From Acholeplasma sp. (lineage in GTDB: Bacteria > Bacillota_I > Bacilli_A > Acholeplasmatales > UBA5453): a DNA stretch of 64,000 nt. Position numbers and translations under genes: made by a program. This document shows, piece by piece, positions 49,367-60,825 of this stretch. How positions within the stretch are numbered: the stretch's first letter is position 1; each line of letters starts with the position of its first letter. The notes under the pieces were generated by a model, which was not told where the DNA came from, did no database searches, and saw only the letters and a program-made list of their open reading frames with translations. Where the stretch lies: assembly GCA_036677365.1 (NCBI GenBank), contig JAVBWN010000014.1:32001-96000 (forward strand), read 5' to 3'.

Positions 49367-51145
49367 ATGCTCAAATTATTCAAGTACTTTAAATGGTGGT
49401 ATTACCCACTCATATTGCTCATTCTTGGGCTCACATTGATTCAAGTTGAACTCGATTTAGATTTGATTGACTACATGCGTGAAATCATCACCTTGGTAGG
49501 CAAAGCGAACATCACCGGGGAATCACAAACCACAGCGATTTTAAATCAAGGGTTGGAGATGCTTGGAATCTCACTCGTATCGATTTTGATCACCATCGTC
49601 ATTTATTACATCTCAGCCCGCATTGGCGCGAATTTCGTCAAGCATTTGAGAAAACAACTCTATGACAGAATTCATGATTTTTCACTCGAAGAAATCAACC
49701 AATTTCAAACCAGCTCATTGATCACGCGTTCTACCAATGACATCACTCAAGTTCAAATGGTGGTCATTGTATTGTTACGCTTGGCTTTTGCTGCACCGAT
49801 CATGGCGGTGCGTGCGATTCAAAAGATTGTGGATATCGATTTAACCTTATCGATGCCGATAGCGATCGCCATCATCGTCATTATTTTAATGATTTCAGTC
49901 ATTTTCATTTTTGTTACACCGTTATTTTCAAAAGTTCAAAACCTCACCGATGATTTAAACCAAGTCACGAGAGAAAACCTCACAGGATTAAGGGTTGTCC
50001 GTGCGCACAACGCTGAAGGTTATGAACATTCAAAATTCAAGAAGGTCAATAATGAACTCACCCGCATGAATCTATACGTCAACCGTGCGATGCAAATGAT
50101 GATGCCAGGGATGATGCTTGTCATGAATGGGGTATCGCTTGCAGTCACATGGATTGCAGCCATACTCATTCAAAATCAAGATTTAGGGGCGAATCCACTC
50201 GAAGGGATTGCCATCCAGTCACAATTTTCAATCTATGGTATCCGCATACTGTTTGCGTTCATGACACTCACGATGCTATTCATCATGGTGCCTAGAGGGG
50301 CCGTGTCTGGCAGAAGAATTTACGAAGTTTTAAAGACAACACCCAAAATCAAAGACCCAGAACAACCCAAAGAGATGCCATCCGATCAAGCAGTGGAAGT
50401 CGAATTCAACAATGTTTGTTTTAAATACCCACTCGCCAAAGAATGTGTATTAGAAAACATCTCATTCAAAGCCAAAGCAGGACAAACGGTTGCGTTCATT
50501 GGTTCCACAGGCAGTGGTAAATCCACCATCATCAACTTGATACCCAGATTTTACGACGTGACCAGTGGTTCGATAACCCTCAATGGGGTCGATATCCGTG
50601 AAATTAGACAAAAAGATTTACTGAACTACATCGGCTACATCCCACAAAAAGGCTTGTTATTCTCGGGTACCATTGAATCCAATTTGAAAATTGGTAAAGT
50701 GGATGCGACAGAAGAAGAGATGATTCAGGCGTTAAAAACCGCCCAAGCTTATGATTTTGTCATGGAAAAAGAAAACCAACTCCAAGCAGAAGTAGCCCAA
50801 GGGGGTAAAAACTTCTCTGGGGGACAAAGACAACGTTTGTGTATTGCAAGAGCCATCATCAAACAACCTAAGATTTATATTTTTGATGATTCTTTCTCTG
50901 CTTTGGATTATCAAACCGACCGCAAATTGCGTGGTGCTTTGAAAGAACAAACGAAATCTGCCATCAACTTCATCGTTGCCCAACGTATCGGTACCATCAT
51001 GAATGCCGATCAAATCATCGTGCTCGACCAAGGCAAAGCGGTGGGCATTGGCACACATAAATCCTTATTAAGTACCAACAAAGTATACCAAGAAATGGCG
51101 TACTCACAACTATCGAAGGAGGAACTCGAAGATGCAAGCCTCTAA
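49367..51145 (+). CDS. ABC exporter, fused permease/ATPase subunit 1
   Basis: SLITRSTND, GSTGSGKST, FSGGQRQR, degenerate IFDDSFSALD. Confidence 0.92.
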   Translation: MLKLFKYFKWWYYPLILLILGLTLIQVELDLDLIDYMREIITLVGKANITGESQTTAILNQGLEMLGISLVSILITIVIYYISARIGANFVKHLRKQLYDRIHDFSLEEINQFQTSSLITRSTNDITQVQMVVIVLLRLAFAAPIMAVRAIQKIVDIDLTLSMPIAIAIIVIILMISVIFIFVTPLFSKVQNLTDDLNQVTRENLTGLRVVRAHNAEGYEHSKFKKVNNELTRMNLYVNRAMQMMMPGMMLVMNGVSLAVTWIAAILIQNQDLGANPLEGIAIQSQFSIYGIRILFAFMTLTMLFIMVPRGAVSGRRIYEVLKTTPKIKDPEQPKEMPSDQAVEVEFNNVCFKYPLAKECVLENISFKAKAGQTVAFIGSTGSGKSTIINLIPRFYDVTSGSITLNGVDIREIRQKDLLNYIGYIPQKGLLFSGTIESNLKIGKVDATEEEMIQALKTAQAYDFVMEKENQLQAEVAQGGKNFSGGQRQRLCIARAIIKQPKIYIFDDSFSALDYQTDRKLRGALKEQTKSAINFIVAQRIGTIMNADQIIVLDQGKAVGIGTHKSLLSTNKVYQEMAYSQLSKEELEDASL

Positions 51146-53003
51146 TAAAAAGACTGCGCCAGCGATGGGTCCAGGACACGGCCCTGGCAGCATGTCGCGT
51201 TTCATGGGTCAAAAACCGAAGAACTTCAAACAATCGATGAAAAAACTCATCAAGCATTTGAAGCCATTTTATCGTCCAATCATCATTTCACTCATCCTCG
51301 CAGCCGCTTCCACGGTATTCAACATCTTTGGTCCTAGAATGATCGGGGATATGATCAACGCCGTCAGTGATGGCGTCAGTATGGCAGGTCCGGGTAGTTT
51401 CATTGTCGACATCGATTTTGAACTGGTCAACCGTTTAGGGTTCATCTTGATTGGTCTCTATGTGACCAGTTATGTCTTCAACATCGCTCAATCATTCTTA
51501 CTCACCAAAGTAACACAACGATTGAACCAATCGCTAAGAAACGACATTTCACTCAAAATCAACCGTATGCCATTATCGTATTTTGATTCGAGAAGTTATG
51601 GCGATGTCTTATCGGTGGTCACCAACGATATCGATACCATCAGTAACTCATTAAATCAAGCCGTCACAGCGATGATTACCTCAGTCACGTCAATGATTGG
51701 GATCCTCATCATGATGCTCACCATTTCGTGGCAATTGACTTTGGTGACGTTAGCCTTATTACCCCTATCCATCCTCGCGATTAAAATCATCATGGGCAAT
51801 GCACGAAAATACTTCAGAGCTCAACAAAAAACATTGGGTGCACTCAATGGACACATTGAAGAGATGTACAGTGGTCACCAATTGATTAAAGTATTCAACG
51901 CCAAACAAAACATTGAAGGCGAATTCAATGTGAACAATGAAGGTCTTGAATCGAGTGCGTATAAATCCCAATTCTTATCGGGATTGATGATGCCTGTGAT
52001 GGGCTTCATTGGCAACTTATCGTATATTTCTGTGGCTGTGTTTGGGGGGTATTTGGCCGCGACGAGACAACTTGAGGTAGGTTATATTTTATCGATGATT
52101 CAATACAACCGCCGTTTTACCAACCCGATGGACCAAATTGCTCAATCCCTCACCCAACTTCAAAGTGCGGCTGCGGCAGCAGAACGTGTCTTTGAATTCT
52201 TAGAAGAAAAAGAAATGGCCAACGAACAAGCCTTAGAAAGCGCTGTTTTGAAACCGGCTGGGAACATTGAATTTAAACACGTCAAGTTTGGATATACACC
52301 GGATCGTGTCATCATCAAAGATTTCAATTTAAGCGCGAAATCTGGACAAAAAATCGCGATTGTTGGACCTACCGGGGCGGGTAAGACCACCTTGGTAAAC
52401 CTCCTCATGAAGTTCTATGAAATTCAAGAAGGGGACATCATCATCGATGGCCAATCGATCCATGATTTAAGACGCGAAGCGGTCCACCATCAGTTCGGAA
52501 TGGTTTTACAAGATGCCTGGTTATTCACAGGAACGATTTATGATAACCTGCGCTATGGTAATCCGAAAGCAACCAGGGAAGAAGTCAAGCAAGCGGCCAT
52601 CACCGCCAACATCGACCACTTCATTGAATCCCTACCTGGTGGGTATGATTATGTCATGACCGAGGAATCTGGGATTTCGTCGGGTCAAAGACAGCTCTTA
52701 ACGATTGCGAGAGCCATGGTCACGAATGCACCAATGTTGATTTTAGATGAAGCAACCTCTTCAGTCGATACCCGTACTGAAATGCTCATTCAAAAAGCGA
52801 TGGATACCTTGATGAGTAACCGCACATCCTTTGTCATTGCACACCGATTATCGACCATCAAAAACGCCGATACCATCTTAGTCATGAATGAAGGCGACAT
52901 CATTGAGAGTGGGTCACACGATGAACTCATGTTGAAAGCGGGTTTCTATGCGAAACTCTATCAATCACAATTCGACAGGAAGAACCAATATGCAACCGAA
53001 TAA
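51132..53003 (+). CDS. ABC exporter, fused permease/ATPase subunit 2
   Basis: GPTGAGKTT, SSGQRQLL, ILDEATSSVD, IAHRLST. Confidence 0.92.
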   Translation: MQASNKKTAPAMGPGHGPGSMSRFMGQKPKNFKQSMKKLIKHLKPFYRPIIISLILAAASTVFNIFGPRMIGDMINAVSDGVSMAGPGSFIVDIDFELVNRLGFILIGLYVTSYVFNIAQSFLLTKVTQRLNQSLRNDISLKINRMPLSYFDSRSYGDVLSVVTNDIDTISNSLNQAVTAMITSVTSMIGILIMMLTISWQLTLVTLALLPLSILAIKIIMGNARKYFRAQQKTLGALNGHIEEMYSGHQLIKVFNAKQNIEGEFNVNNEGLESSAYKSQFLSGLMMPVMGFIGNLSYISVAVFGGYLAATRQLEVGYILSMIQYNRRFTNPMDQIAQSLTQLQSAAAAAERVFEFLEEKEMANEQALESAVLKPAGNIEFKHVKFGYTPDRVIIKDFNLSAKSGQKIAIVGPTGAGKTTLVNLLMKFYEIQEGDIIIDGQSIHDLRREAVHHQFGMVLQDAWLFTGTIYDNLRYGNPKATREEVKQAAITANIDHFIESLPGGYDYVMTEESGISSGQRQLLTIARAMVTNAPMLILDEATSSVDTRTEMLIQKAMDTLMSNRTSFVIAHRLSTIKNADTILVMNEGDIIESGSHDELMLKAGFYAKLYQSQFDRKNQYATE

Positions 53004-53418
53004 CGATAAAGAAGTGGTCAAATTACCTTTGATATTGGGAAAAATTATGAAGAAACTCCACAGTTTCGCTGACCCCATCCTAGAAAAGTACAATCTCTCT
53101 AGAATCCATGTCCATTATTTGGTCGCCTTATCCGATTGTACAAAATCCATTTCAGCGAAAGAGTTATCTGAAAAGTTATCGGTCGATAAAGCCAACACAT
53201 CGAGGGCCATCAACGAACTACTTGAACGTGGTTTTGTGGAAAAAGAAACCGAAGATCAAAAATCATTTCCGCTCCGTTTAACAGCACAAGGCATCCAAGT
53301 GGCGAAAGATTTAAAAGAACACAATGCCAAAGAAATGATGGCACTGCTTTCCGTCTTAAGCCCAGAAGAAAAGGCTCAAATGAAGTCCATTTTAACCAAA
53401 ATTTCAGAAAGTATATAA
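52990..53418 (+). CDS. MarR-family transcriptional regulator
   Basis: KELSEKLSVDKANTSRAINELLERGFV...LTAQG. Confidence 0.88.
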   Translation: MQPNNDKEVVKLPLILGKIMKKLHSFADPILEKYNLSRIHVHYLVALSDCTKSISAKELSEKLSVDKANTSRAINELLERGFVEKETEDQKSFPLRLTAQGIQVAKDLKEHNAKEMMALLSVLSPEEKAQMKSILTKISESI

Positions 53419-53457
53419 AAAAATCGCCTTAGACACAAAAGTCTGAGGCGATTTTCA

Positions 53458-53841
53458 TTATAACTGAGTTTGGCAATTGGCACAGTAACCATACACCGTT
53501 AAATCATGACTGGTGATTTTGAAATGATGTTTTAGAGCGTCTTCATCCGCGACCCCATGAAAATGACAATCCATTTCGATCATCTTGTGGCACTTTAGAC
53601 AAACCATATAATGTTTGTGTTCAGAAGAAGCCAGTTTATAGTAAGCTGTATTGTCTAAGAATGTTTTTTCAACCAAATGGTATTGTAAAAACGTGTCCAT
53701 GATACGGTAAACCGTGGATAGATTCATCGAACCCAAAGGTTGTTTCGCATAAATCATTTCCGCCGATAATGGGGCTTTTTGTTTTTGCATAAAGTGCAAC
53801 AATTGTTGACGCTGTTTCGTCATTTTTAACACATCAGTCAC
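53458..53841 (-). CDS. zur: Fur-family regulator, probably Zur
   Basis: TKQR, STVYR, HKHYMVCLKC, GYCANC; last gene of the metal ABC operon. Confidence 0.8.
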   Translation of the reverse strand: MTDVLKMTKQRQQLLHFMQKQKAPLSAEMIYAKQPLGSMNLSTVYRIMDTFLQYHLVEKTFLDNTAYYKLASSEHKHYMVCLKCHKMIEMDCHFHGVADEDALKHHFKITSHDLTVYGYCANCQTQL

Positions 53842-54643
53842 GACCTTTCAATTTGGTAAATCCGAACAATGACATGAATAGTATACCATGAACAACGATG
53901 ATGGTCGACCCTGCAGGAATTCCCAGTAAATGGGCAAAAATAATGCCTAGGATGGAAACAACCGCATTGATCATTAATCCACGAATCACCATTTGTTTGA
54001 AGCTTCTTGAAATCATTTGAGACGATACCGCTGGGAAAATAATAAACGCGGATATCAATAAAGTACCGATGGTTTTAACCCCAATCACGATGATGATGGC
54101 GGTTAAGATGGCCAAAGCATAATCGTAATAGGCAATTTTAATGCCTGAAAATTTCGCGTAGTTGTCATCGAATGTGATGGAGAATAATTTTGAATACCCA
54201 GTAATGATGAATAGGGAAGTCAAGATTAAAACAGAAAACGATACCCAAATATCCAGCCATGTGGTAGAGAAGATTGACCCGACCAACATCGATTCAACCG
54301 ACCGATTGAAACCACTGGAGGTGGAAATGAGGATGAGACCGATCGCGAAGGAGAATGAAGAAACCAAACCAATCGCGGTATCGCCTTCAACCAACTTGTT
54401 GCGCATCAACCATTTGATGATGATGGCAGCGATGATGACGAAAGGAATCGCAATCCATATGGGTTCTTGTGCAAACAATACCCCAATAATGATCCCTGTA
54501 AAGCTGATGTGTGCTAACCCATCGCCAATCAAGGATTGGTTTTTAGAGACCAAAAAGCTCGATATGAAGCCTGTAGATAAGGCGAGTGTCAAACCAATTA
54601 AGATGGCACGAATCATGAAAGGCCATAAAAGAAAATCAAACAT
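53834..54643 (-). CDS. znuB: Zn/Mn ABC transporter permease
   Basis: GDGLAH, DTAIG, TIGTLLISAF. Confidence 0.87.
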   Translation of the reverse strand: MFDFLLWPFMIRAILIGLTLALSTGFISSFLVSKNQSLIGDGLAHISFTGIIIGVLFAQEPIWIAIPFVIIAAIIIKWLMRNKLVEGDTAIGLVSSFSFAIGLILISTSSGFNRSVESMLVGSIFSTTWLDIWVSFSVLILTSLFIITGYSKLFSITFDDNYAKFSGIKIAYYDYALAILTAIIIVIGVKTIGTLLISAFIIFPAVSSQMISRSFKQMVIRGLMINAVVSILGIIFAHLLGIPAGSTIIVVHGILFMSLFGFTKLKGRD

Positions 54644-55295
54644 GGTGATGGTGACCTCCTTTTTTATGACCCAAGAGTTGGTACTGTTCAAAAGTACCAA
54701 AGAATTTAACAACTTGATCCAATTCTAAAATCCTCGAACCATGGCGTAATCCGTCACTCAAATCGTGGGTGACGTGGATGATGGTCATCCCTTGGTCGTT
54801 GAGCTTTTCGATGTAAGCATAAAAGAATTTTCGGAATTCAGGGTCGAGTGCTGAGGTTGGTTCATCCAAAATCAATACATCTGGATTCGATAATAAGGCA
54901 CGGATGATGTACACCCTTTGTTGTTCTCCACCCGATAATTTATTCATCGGTTGATATATAAAATCGAGCATCCCCATATCCGATAATAGCTTTTTAATGG
55001 CTTCATCGGTTGGTTTTTTAGCATTCGATAATTTCAATACTTCATACACATTCGCTGGAATTTGTGCACTTTGAGATAAATGCTGTGGCAAGTAGCCAAA
55101 AACCACAGGGGCGATGGTAATCTTGCCCTGTGATGGTTTTTGTAAATTGGTCAATAGTTTAATTAAAGTGGTTTTGCCTGAACCATTGGGTCCAATGATG
55201 TTCAAGTAGTCGCCTTTGTTCACATAAAAATCAATATCGGATAAAACAACGGAATTACCATATTCAACTTTTACGTGTTCGGCAGAAATAATCAT
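54636..55295 (-). CDS. znuC: Zn/Mn ABC transporter ATPase
   Basis: GPNGSGKT, LSGGEQQR, LDEP, His-rich tail. Confidence 0.87.
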   Translation of the reverse strand: MIISAEHVKVEYGNSVVLSDIDFYVNKGDYLNIIGPNGSGKTTLIKLLTNLQKPSQGKITIAPVVFGYLPQHLSQSAQIPANVYEVLKLSNAKKPTDEAIKKLLSDMGMLDFIYQPMNKLSGGEQQRVYIIRALLSNPDVLILDEPTSALDPEFRKFFYAYIEKLNDQGMTIIHVTHDLSDGLRHGSRILELDQVVKFFGTFEQYQLLGHKKGGHHHHV

Positions 55296-55296
55296 G

Positions 55297-56229
55297 TTAT
55301 AAAACCCCATCCGTGAAATTCAGTTTGATATTGTTCAAATTCTCAGTCCACAATTCAACCAAAGTGGTTTTGGCTTTGAATTGGTCCTTAGAAACGTTAT
55401 GCATACTATGTAGTGGCATCAATACTATATCATAATTATACGCGGATTTTAAGTCATTTTTGATGGTATTCGCTACGCTCATCGATTCGAATGGGTCATA
55501 ATAAACATAACTTACCCCTGAACTACGAATCGCTTGAATCATTTGTGCAATTTGTGCAGAGGTTGGGTCTGCATCCGGGCTAAACGATTCGGTTAGGCTT
55601 ATGATGTTCAAATCGAATTCCTCATTCAACGAACTGAATACGTTATGACCAATGAAATAAATGGGTCTCGATGATGGGTTTTCAATGGTTAAGAATTGAG
55701 TGCGAATGTCTTTGAGCTGATTTTTCAATACCTCAGCATTCGCTGTATAAATGGCCTCATTTTCAGGATCAATTTGGATAATACTTTGAAGTACAGCTTC
55801 CACCATATGTATTTGTGTGTGTACGGATACCCAATAATGTACATCGTGTTCGTGTTCGTCATGATCATCTTCATGAACTTCACCTGGATGTGCTGCTTCA
55901 TGGATTTCTTCAGTTAAGGCTTCTAAATCCACAGCGATCACATCACTATCTAAGATGTCTACTGCCCAAGTTTCTAATTCAATTGATGCATAAATAAATA
56001 GCTTGGCTTGATTGATTTGAATGACTTGTTTAGATGTGGGTTCAAAATCATGGGCTTCCACCCCTGGCGAAAGGATCATGGTATAAGTCAAATCTTGGTC
56101 GCCGACAATGGTTCTGACCATGTCATACTGAGGGTATAAGGTCACGACAATATCATAGGTTTTGGTTTGGCATGCACTGAGGATCAGTGTAGCGAGTAAT
56201 GCTGGTAAAACGATGAAAATTTTCTTCAT
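55297..56229 (-). CDS. znuA: Zinc ABC transporter substrate-binding lipoprotein
   Basis: Lipobox LSAC, EAHDFEP, His/Asp/Glu-rich loop, DVHYW. Confidence 0.88.
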   Translation of the reverse strand: MKKIFIVLPALLATLILSACQTKTYDIVVTLYPQYDMVRTIVGDQDLTYTMILSPGVEAHDFEPTSKQVIQINQAKLFIYASIELETWAVDILDSDVIAVDLEALTEEIHEAAHPGEVHEDDHDEHEHDVHYWVSVHTQIHMVEAVLQSIIQIDPENEAIYTANAEVLKNQLKDIRTQFLTIENPSSRPIYFIGHNVFSSLNEEFDLNIISLTESFSPDADPTSAQIAQMIQAIRSSGVSYVYYDPFESMSVANTIKNDLKSAYNYDIVLMPLHSMHNVSKDQFKAKTTLVELWTENLNNIKLNFTDGVL

Positions 56230-56282
56230 GGTTGATAGACTCCTTTTTTCACAATACCCATTATAGCACTTCTGTTTTCAAT

Positions 56283-56297
56283 TGCAAATAGTTTGCA
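56283..56297. promoter_or_regulatory. Palindromic candidate Zur operator upstream of znuA
   Basis: TGCAAA-tag-TTTGCA, upstream of a minus-strand TATAAT at about 56260-56265. Confidence 0.55.
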
Positions 56298-56372
56298 TTT
56301 GCATTTTCGATGATTTTACAACTTTTATTTGATATGGCGGGCTATATTATGATATAATATGAGCCGTAAAGG

Positions 56373-56394
56373 TGAGTGGATTAGGTTCCACTCA
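56373..56394 (+). promoter_or_regulatory. rimP leader hairpin
   Basis: tgagtgga-ttaggt-tccactca between TATAAT and the rimP start. Confidence 0.55.
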
Positions 56395-56423
56395 TTTTAT
56401 TAGTCAAAAGTAGGTGAGTAAAT

Positions 56424-56864
56424 ATGGACTTAAAGAAACTCGAAATCATCATCATCGACATTCTAAATCAACACGAATTATCCTTGTATAGTTTAAAAAC
56501 AAAAAAGGAATTTGGAGAAATGATTTTAGAAATTTTGGTCGATGGGGCAGATTTATCTTCTGACCACTTGGGTCTGGTCAACAGCGCACTCAGTGCAGCC
56601 TTGACAGAAGATATATTTGATCCTAATTATTATCTAGAGGTATCCTCACCCGGGGCTGAACGTCCACTGCGAGATGCATCGGAAGTGGAAAAAGCCATTG
56701 GAAAATATGTGCACATCGAAACACCTGAATTGAATAGTGATGGCTATTTATTGGATTTCAAAGACGGCATCATCACTTTCCAAATCAATTTAAAGGGTAG
56801 ACTAAAAAAATTAGAAATCCCGTATACAACCGTTAAATCCATGCGTTTAGCGATCAAGTTTTAG
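56424..56864 (+). CDS. rimP: Ribosome maturation factor RimP
   Basis: YYLEVSSPGAERPL; first gene of the nusA operon. Confidence 0.93.
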   Translation: MDLKKLEIIIIDILNQHELSLYSLKTKKEFGEMILEILVDGADLSSDHLGLVNSALSAALTEDIFDPNYYLEVSSPGAERPLRDASEVEKAIGKYVHIETPELNSDGYLLDFKDGIITFQINLKGRLKKLEIPYTTVKSMRLAIKF

Positions 56865-56880
56865 GAGGAATGAAACGAAA

Positions 56881-57957
56881 ATGGTAAGCAAAGAGTTTTT
56901 TAGATTATTAGAAGTCATCGCAGAAGAACGTGGTATCTCTGTAGAACTCATTACAGATGCGTTTGTTAAAGGGATGATTGTGGCATTTAAAAAGAGTAAA
57001 GGCCACACCTCTTGTCGTGTTGAAATCAATCCAGATAAGAATGAAATCTTGGTATTTGAACAACATTTGGTTGTCCCAGATGAAGGGTATGACTTAGAAG
57101 CCGACCCGACATTAAAACAAATGAAACTCAGTGAAGCGAAACAGCGCAAAAATAGAATTAAAGTCGGGGATATTTTAGAAGAATCCATCAACCCGAAAGA
57201 ATTCTCTCAAACTGCTGTTGTCAACTTAAAGAATGTATTGAATCAAAACTTGAAGAACATTGAAAAGGAAAATGTCTATCAATTCTTCAAGGAAAAAGAA
57301 AAAGAAATGGTGATTGCGAAAGTCATCGGTGAAGATGAAGAATACTACCGATTAGACTTAGGCAAAGAACTCACCACCTTATTGCCAAAAAGAGAAGCAC
57401 TACCTACCGATAAGTTTGTTGTTGGTGAATCGATCAAAGTGTATATCGCCAGTGTTGAAATGAAAACCAAGGGACCAAAAGTCTTGGTCACTCGACTCGA
57501 TAAGAGCTTGGTAACAAGACTATTTGAAAACCTCATTCCTGAAGTGAAATCGGGTGTGGTTGAAATTATGGGCATCGCGAGAGACCCAGGTGATAGAACC
57601 AAAGTCGGTGTCATGTCCAATGACAAGAATGTCGATGCCATCGGTGCCTGCATCGGTGAAGAATCTTCAAGAATCAGAGAAATCGTTCGAGCACTATCTG
57701 GCGAAAAAGTCGACTTATTCTTGTGGAGTACCAATGAACGTGATTTGATTGCCAATTCATTACAACCCGCTGAGGTTTTAGCAGTCACCCAAATCAACCC
57801 AATCAAACGTACGGCTTTAGCCATTGTTAAAGACGATAAATTATCGCTTGCGATTGGTAAAGGTGGACAAAACGTTAAATTGGCTGTTCAAGCAATCAAC
57901 TGGAAGATTGACATCAAGAGTGCATCTATGGCAGAAGCTGAAGGGATTCTATTCTAA
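56881..57957 (+). CDS. nusA: Transcription factor NusA
   Basis: S1 and KH domains; ARDPGDRTKV, GACIG, LSLAIGKGGQNVKLA. Confidence 0.95.
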   Translation: MVSKEFFRLLEVIAEERGISVELITDAFVKGMIVAFKKSKGHTSCRVEINPDKNEILVFEQHLVVPDEGYDLEADPTLKQMKLSEAKQRKNRIKVGDILEESINPKEFSQTAVVNLKNVLNQNLKNIEKENVYQFFKEKEKEMVIAKVIGEDEEYYRLDLGKELTTLLPKREALPTDKFVVGESIKVYIASVEMKTKGPKVLVTRLDKSLVTRLFENLIPEVKSGVVEIMGIARDPGDRTKVGVMSNDKNVDAIGACIGEESSRIREIVRALSGEKVDLFLWSTNERDLIANSLQPAEVLAVTQINPIKRTALAIVKDDKLSLAIGKGGQNVKLAVQAINWKIDIKSASMAEAEGILF

Positions 57958-57969
57958 CGGAGGTTTCGC

Positions 57970-58239
57970 ATGAAAGAAAAAAAAGTACCGATGCGCACAT
58001 GCGTCGTGACCAAAGAAGTTAGACCGAAAAAAGACCTCATCCGCGTGGTCGCTACCCAAGAGGGTGACGTTTCAGTGGATGTTAAAGGCAAAGCCAATGG
58101 ACGTGGGGCTTATTTGATCCTTTCCAAAGAAGTGATTGAAAAAGCAAGAAAATCCAAGGCTTTAGATAAGAAATTAGAAGTAACTGTCCCCGATGCCATT
58201 TACGATACATTGTTATCGTTACTAGACAACCATGCCTAA
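57970..58239 (+). CDS. ylxR: YlxR (RnpM) family RNA-binding protein
   Basis: PMRTCVVT...KKDLIRVV...GRGAYL. Confidence 0.92.
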   Translation: MKEKKVPMRTCVVTKEVRPKKDLIRVVATQEGDVSVDVKGKANGRGAYLILSKEVIEKARKSKALDKKLEVTVPDAIYDTLLSLLDNHA

Positions 58240-58510
58240 CCGTTTGGGTTTAGCGCAGGTCGCTGGCAAGGTCAAAGCGGGCACAGATTTTACAGTCGAG
58301 GCGATTCGTTCAAAACAGGCTAAACTCGTTTTTCTTGCGTCTGATGCGTCAGACAACACAAAAAAAAGGGTATTAGATAAAGCCAGTTTTTATGCGGTGC
58401 CCGTACTGGAAATATTTGATACGGCGACGCTATCGAAAGCGGTTGGTAGAACCAACATCAAAGCGCTAGCGATCACCGATCAAGGGTTTGCCAATATGTT
58501 TAAAAAATAG
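58232..58510 (+). CDS. ylxQ: L7Ae-family protein YlxQ
   Basis: LGLAQVAGK...LVFLASDAS...LSKAVG...AITDQGFA. Confidence 0.9.
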   Translation: MPNRLGLAQVAGKVKAGTDFTVEAIRSKQAKLVFLASDASDNTKKRVLDKASFYAVPVLEIFDTATLSKAVGRTNIKALAITDQGFANMFKK

Positions 58511-58524
58511 AAGGAAGTGATGAT

Positions 58525-60351
58525 ATGAACAAACGTCCTAATTCAAAGAAAAATGAATCTAGAACGTCCAACATACCAAGGAGAGACGCCAACGTCGTTC
58601 GTGGTAAAACGATTATTTACAAGCCAAACATGAAAGTATCTGAAGTGGCTGAAGGGTTAGGCATTTCGAATGCTGAAATCATTAAGAAACTCATGATGCT
58701 GGGTGTGATGACCTCTGTCAACCAATCGATTGACCGTGATACCATTGAACTCATCTCTGAAGATATGGGATTTAAAATTCAAGACGAAGTAATCACAGAT
58801 ATTACCCGTTTTGATGAAATGAAGTTTGAAGATAGACCTGAAGATTTGGTGAAGCGTGCACCAATCGTGACCATCATGGGTCACGTTGACCACGGTAAAA
58901 CCACGTTATTAGATACCATCCGTCACACCCGCGTGGTCGCAGGTGAAGCCGGTGGGATTACCCAACACATCGGGGCGTATCAAGTCGAAAGAAATGGTGA
59001 AAAAATCACCTTCATCGATACCCCAGGACACGCCGCATTTACTGAGATGCGTGCCCGTGGTGCGAAAGTTACCGACGTGTGTATTTTAGTGGTTGCTGCC
59101 GATGATGGTGTCATGCCACAAACAATAGAAGCACTCGAACATGCGAAAGCCGCACAAGTACCCATCGTGGTTGCAGTCAATAAAATGGATAAACCACAAG
59201 CCAACCCAGATTTGGTCATGACTGAATTATCCAATCTCGGATTGATTCCGGAAGCCTGGGGTGGGAATACCCCATTTGTTGAAGTCTCTGCATTAAAAGG
59301 CAAAGGCATCGACACCCTACTGGATGTCATCCAATTGGTATCTGAAATTGAAGATTTAAAAGCCAACCCTAACCGTCTTGCCAGTGGTACTGTCATTGAA
59401 GCTAGACTCGATAAAGGTAGAGGGATTGTCACAACTGTGATTGTCACCAATGGTACATTAAAAGTCGGCGATAACGTCGTTGCTGGTAATACCTATGGTA
59501 AGATTCGTACCATGAATGACGATACCAAACGTCGTTTTGATGAAGCGATACCAGGACAACCTGTGGAAATCACCGGTTTATATGACATGCCAGAAGCTGG
59601 AGACATCTTCGTTGCTTTAAGCGATGAACGTCAAGCAAGACAAATCGCTGAAGAACGTCAAGCAAGACAACGCGAAGGTGAAATGGCCAAACAAAAGAAA
59701 GCTTCCTTGAAGTCCATGATGGACCAAGCAGAAGCTGAACAAAAAGAATTGGTATTGATCATCAAAGGCGACACCCAAGGTTCGATTGAAGCCTTAAAGG
59801 GGTCTCTTGAAAAACTCAATATTGAAGGACTACACGTCAACGTCATCCGTTCATCGGTTGGTGCCATCACCGAAAGCGACGTATCCCTAGCAAGCGCATC
59901 CAACGCCATCATCATTGGTTTCAATGTGAGACCAACCACCGTGGTCAGAGAGTTTGCGAAAGGTCAAGGCGTAGAAATCAGACTATACAACATCATCTAT
60001 AAAGCCATTGAAGATATTGAAGCTGCATTGACAGGTATGCTCGCACCTGAATATGAAGAAGTCGTCACAGGCCAAGCAGAAGTCCGTAGCGTATTTAAGA
60101 TTTCTAAAGTTGGTGCGGTGGCAGGTTGTTATGTGACCGATGGTGTCATCGAACGTAATTCTTTGGTGAGAATTATTCGTGATGGCATTGTTGTATATGA
60201 AGGCAAAATGGCATCATTAAAGCGTTTTAAAGACGATGCTAAAGAAGTCAAGGCTGGATATGAATGTGGTATTTCTATCGAAAACTTTAACGATATCAAA
60301 GAAGGCGACATCATGGAAGCCTCAATTGAAAAAGAAGTGGAGCGTGGATAA
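58525..60351 (+). CDS. infB: Translation initiation factor IF-2
   Basis: [31 protein letters not shown]. Confidence 0.97.
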   Translation: MNKRPNSKKNESRTSNIPRRDANVVRGKTIIYKPNMKVSEVAEGLGISNAEIIKKLMMLGVMTSVNQSIDRDTIELISEDMGFKIQDEVITDITRFDEMKFEDRPEDLVKRAPIVTIMGHVDHGKTTLLDTIRHTRVVAGEAGGITQHIGAYQVERNGEKITFIDTPGHAAFTEMRARGAKVTDVCILVVAADDGVMPQTIEALEHAKAAQVPIVVAVNKMDKPQANPDLVMTELSNLGLIPEAWGGNTPFVEVSALKGKGIDTLLDVIQLVSEIEDLKANPNRLASGTVIEARLDKGRGIVTTVIVTNGTLKVGDNVVAGNTYGKIRTMNDDTKRRFDEAIPGQPVEITGLYDMPEAGDIFVALSDERQARQIAEERQARQREGEMAKQKKASLKSMMDQAEAEQKELVLIIKGDTQGSIEALKGSLEKLNIEGLHVNVIRSSVGAITESDVSLASASNAIIIGFNVRPTTVVREFAKGQGVEIRLYNIIYKAIEDIEAALTGMLAPEYEEVVTGQAEVRSVFKISKVGAVAGCYVTDGVIERNSLVRIIRDGIVVYEGKMASLKRFKDDAKEVKAGYECGISIENFNDIKEGDIMEASIEKEVERG

Positions 60352-60353
60352 TT

Positions 60354-60698
60354 ATGTCAAGCATTTCCATCGAAAGATTGAATTCATTATTTTTAAGAGA
60401 ACTCGCTGTCATCATCAACCGTGAAAATAAATCCGATGTGGTCAGTTATTACAACTTAACTGAAGTCCGCATTACCAGAGATTTGTCATTCGCTACGGTA
60501 TTTTATACCATCTTAAATGATGACCCAGAAGTCATTAAAGTGGCTCAAGCGAACTTAGATAAGATCAACAAACAAGTCAGAAAAGAGTTGGCGGTCAAAG
60601 TCAACAATTTGAGAAAGATGCCTGAATTGGTCTTTAAGTACGACGAAGCCCTCGCCTATGGCAACAAGATTGATAAAATCCTTAAATCCATTGAATAG
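60354..60698 (+). CDS. rbfA: Ribosome-binding factor A
   Basis: TEVRITRDLSFATVF...LRKMPELVFKYD; follows infB. Confidence 0.92.
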   Translation: MSSISIERLNSLFLRELAVIINRENKSDVVSYYNLTEVRITRDLSFATVFYTILNDDPEVIKVAQANLDKINKQVRKELAVKVNNLRKMPELVFKYDEALAYGNKIDKILKSIE

Positions 60699-60825
60699 GA
60701 CCCATTTGGGTCCTTTTTGTTATAAAAACCCGCTCTTTTTTCACGATATAAAAAAATTCAAAAAAATTCTAAATCTGTATTGAAAATTCAAAAAATGGTG
60801 TATAATATAAGTAAGGAGGGGTATT

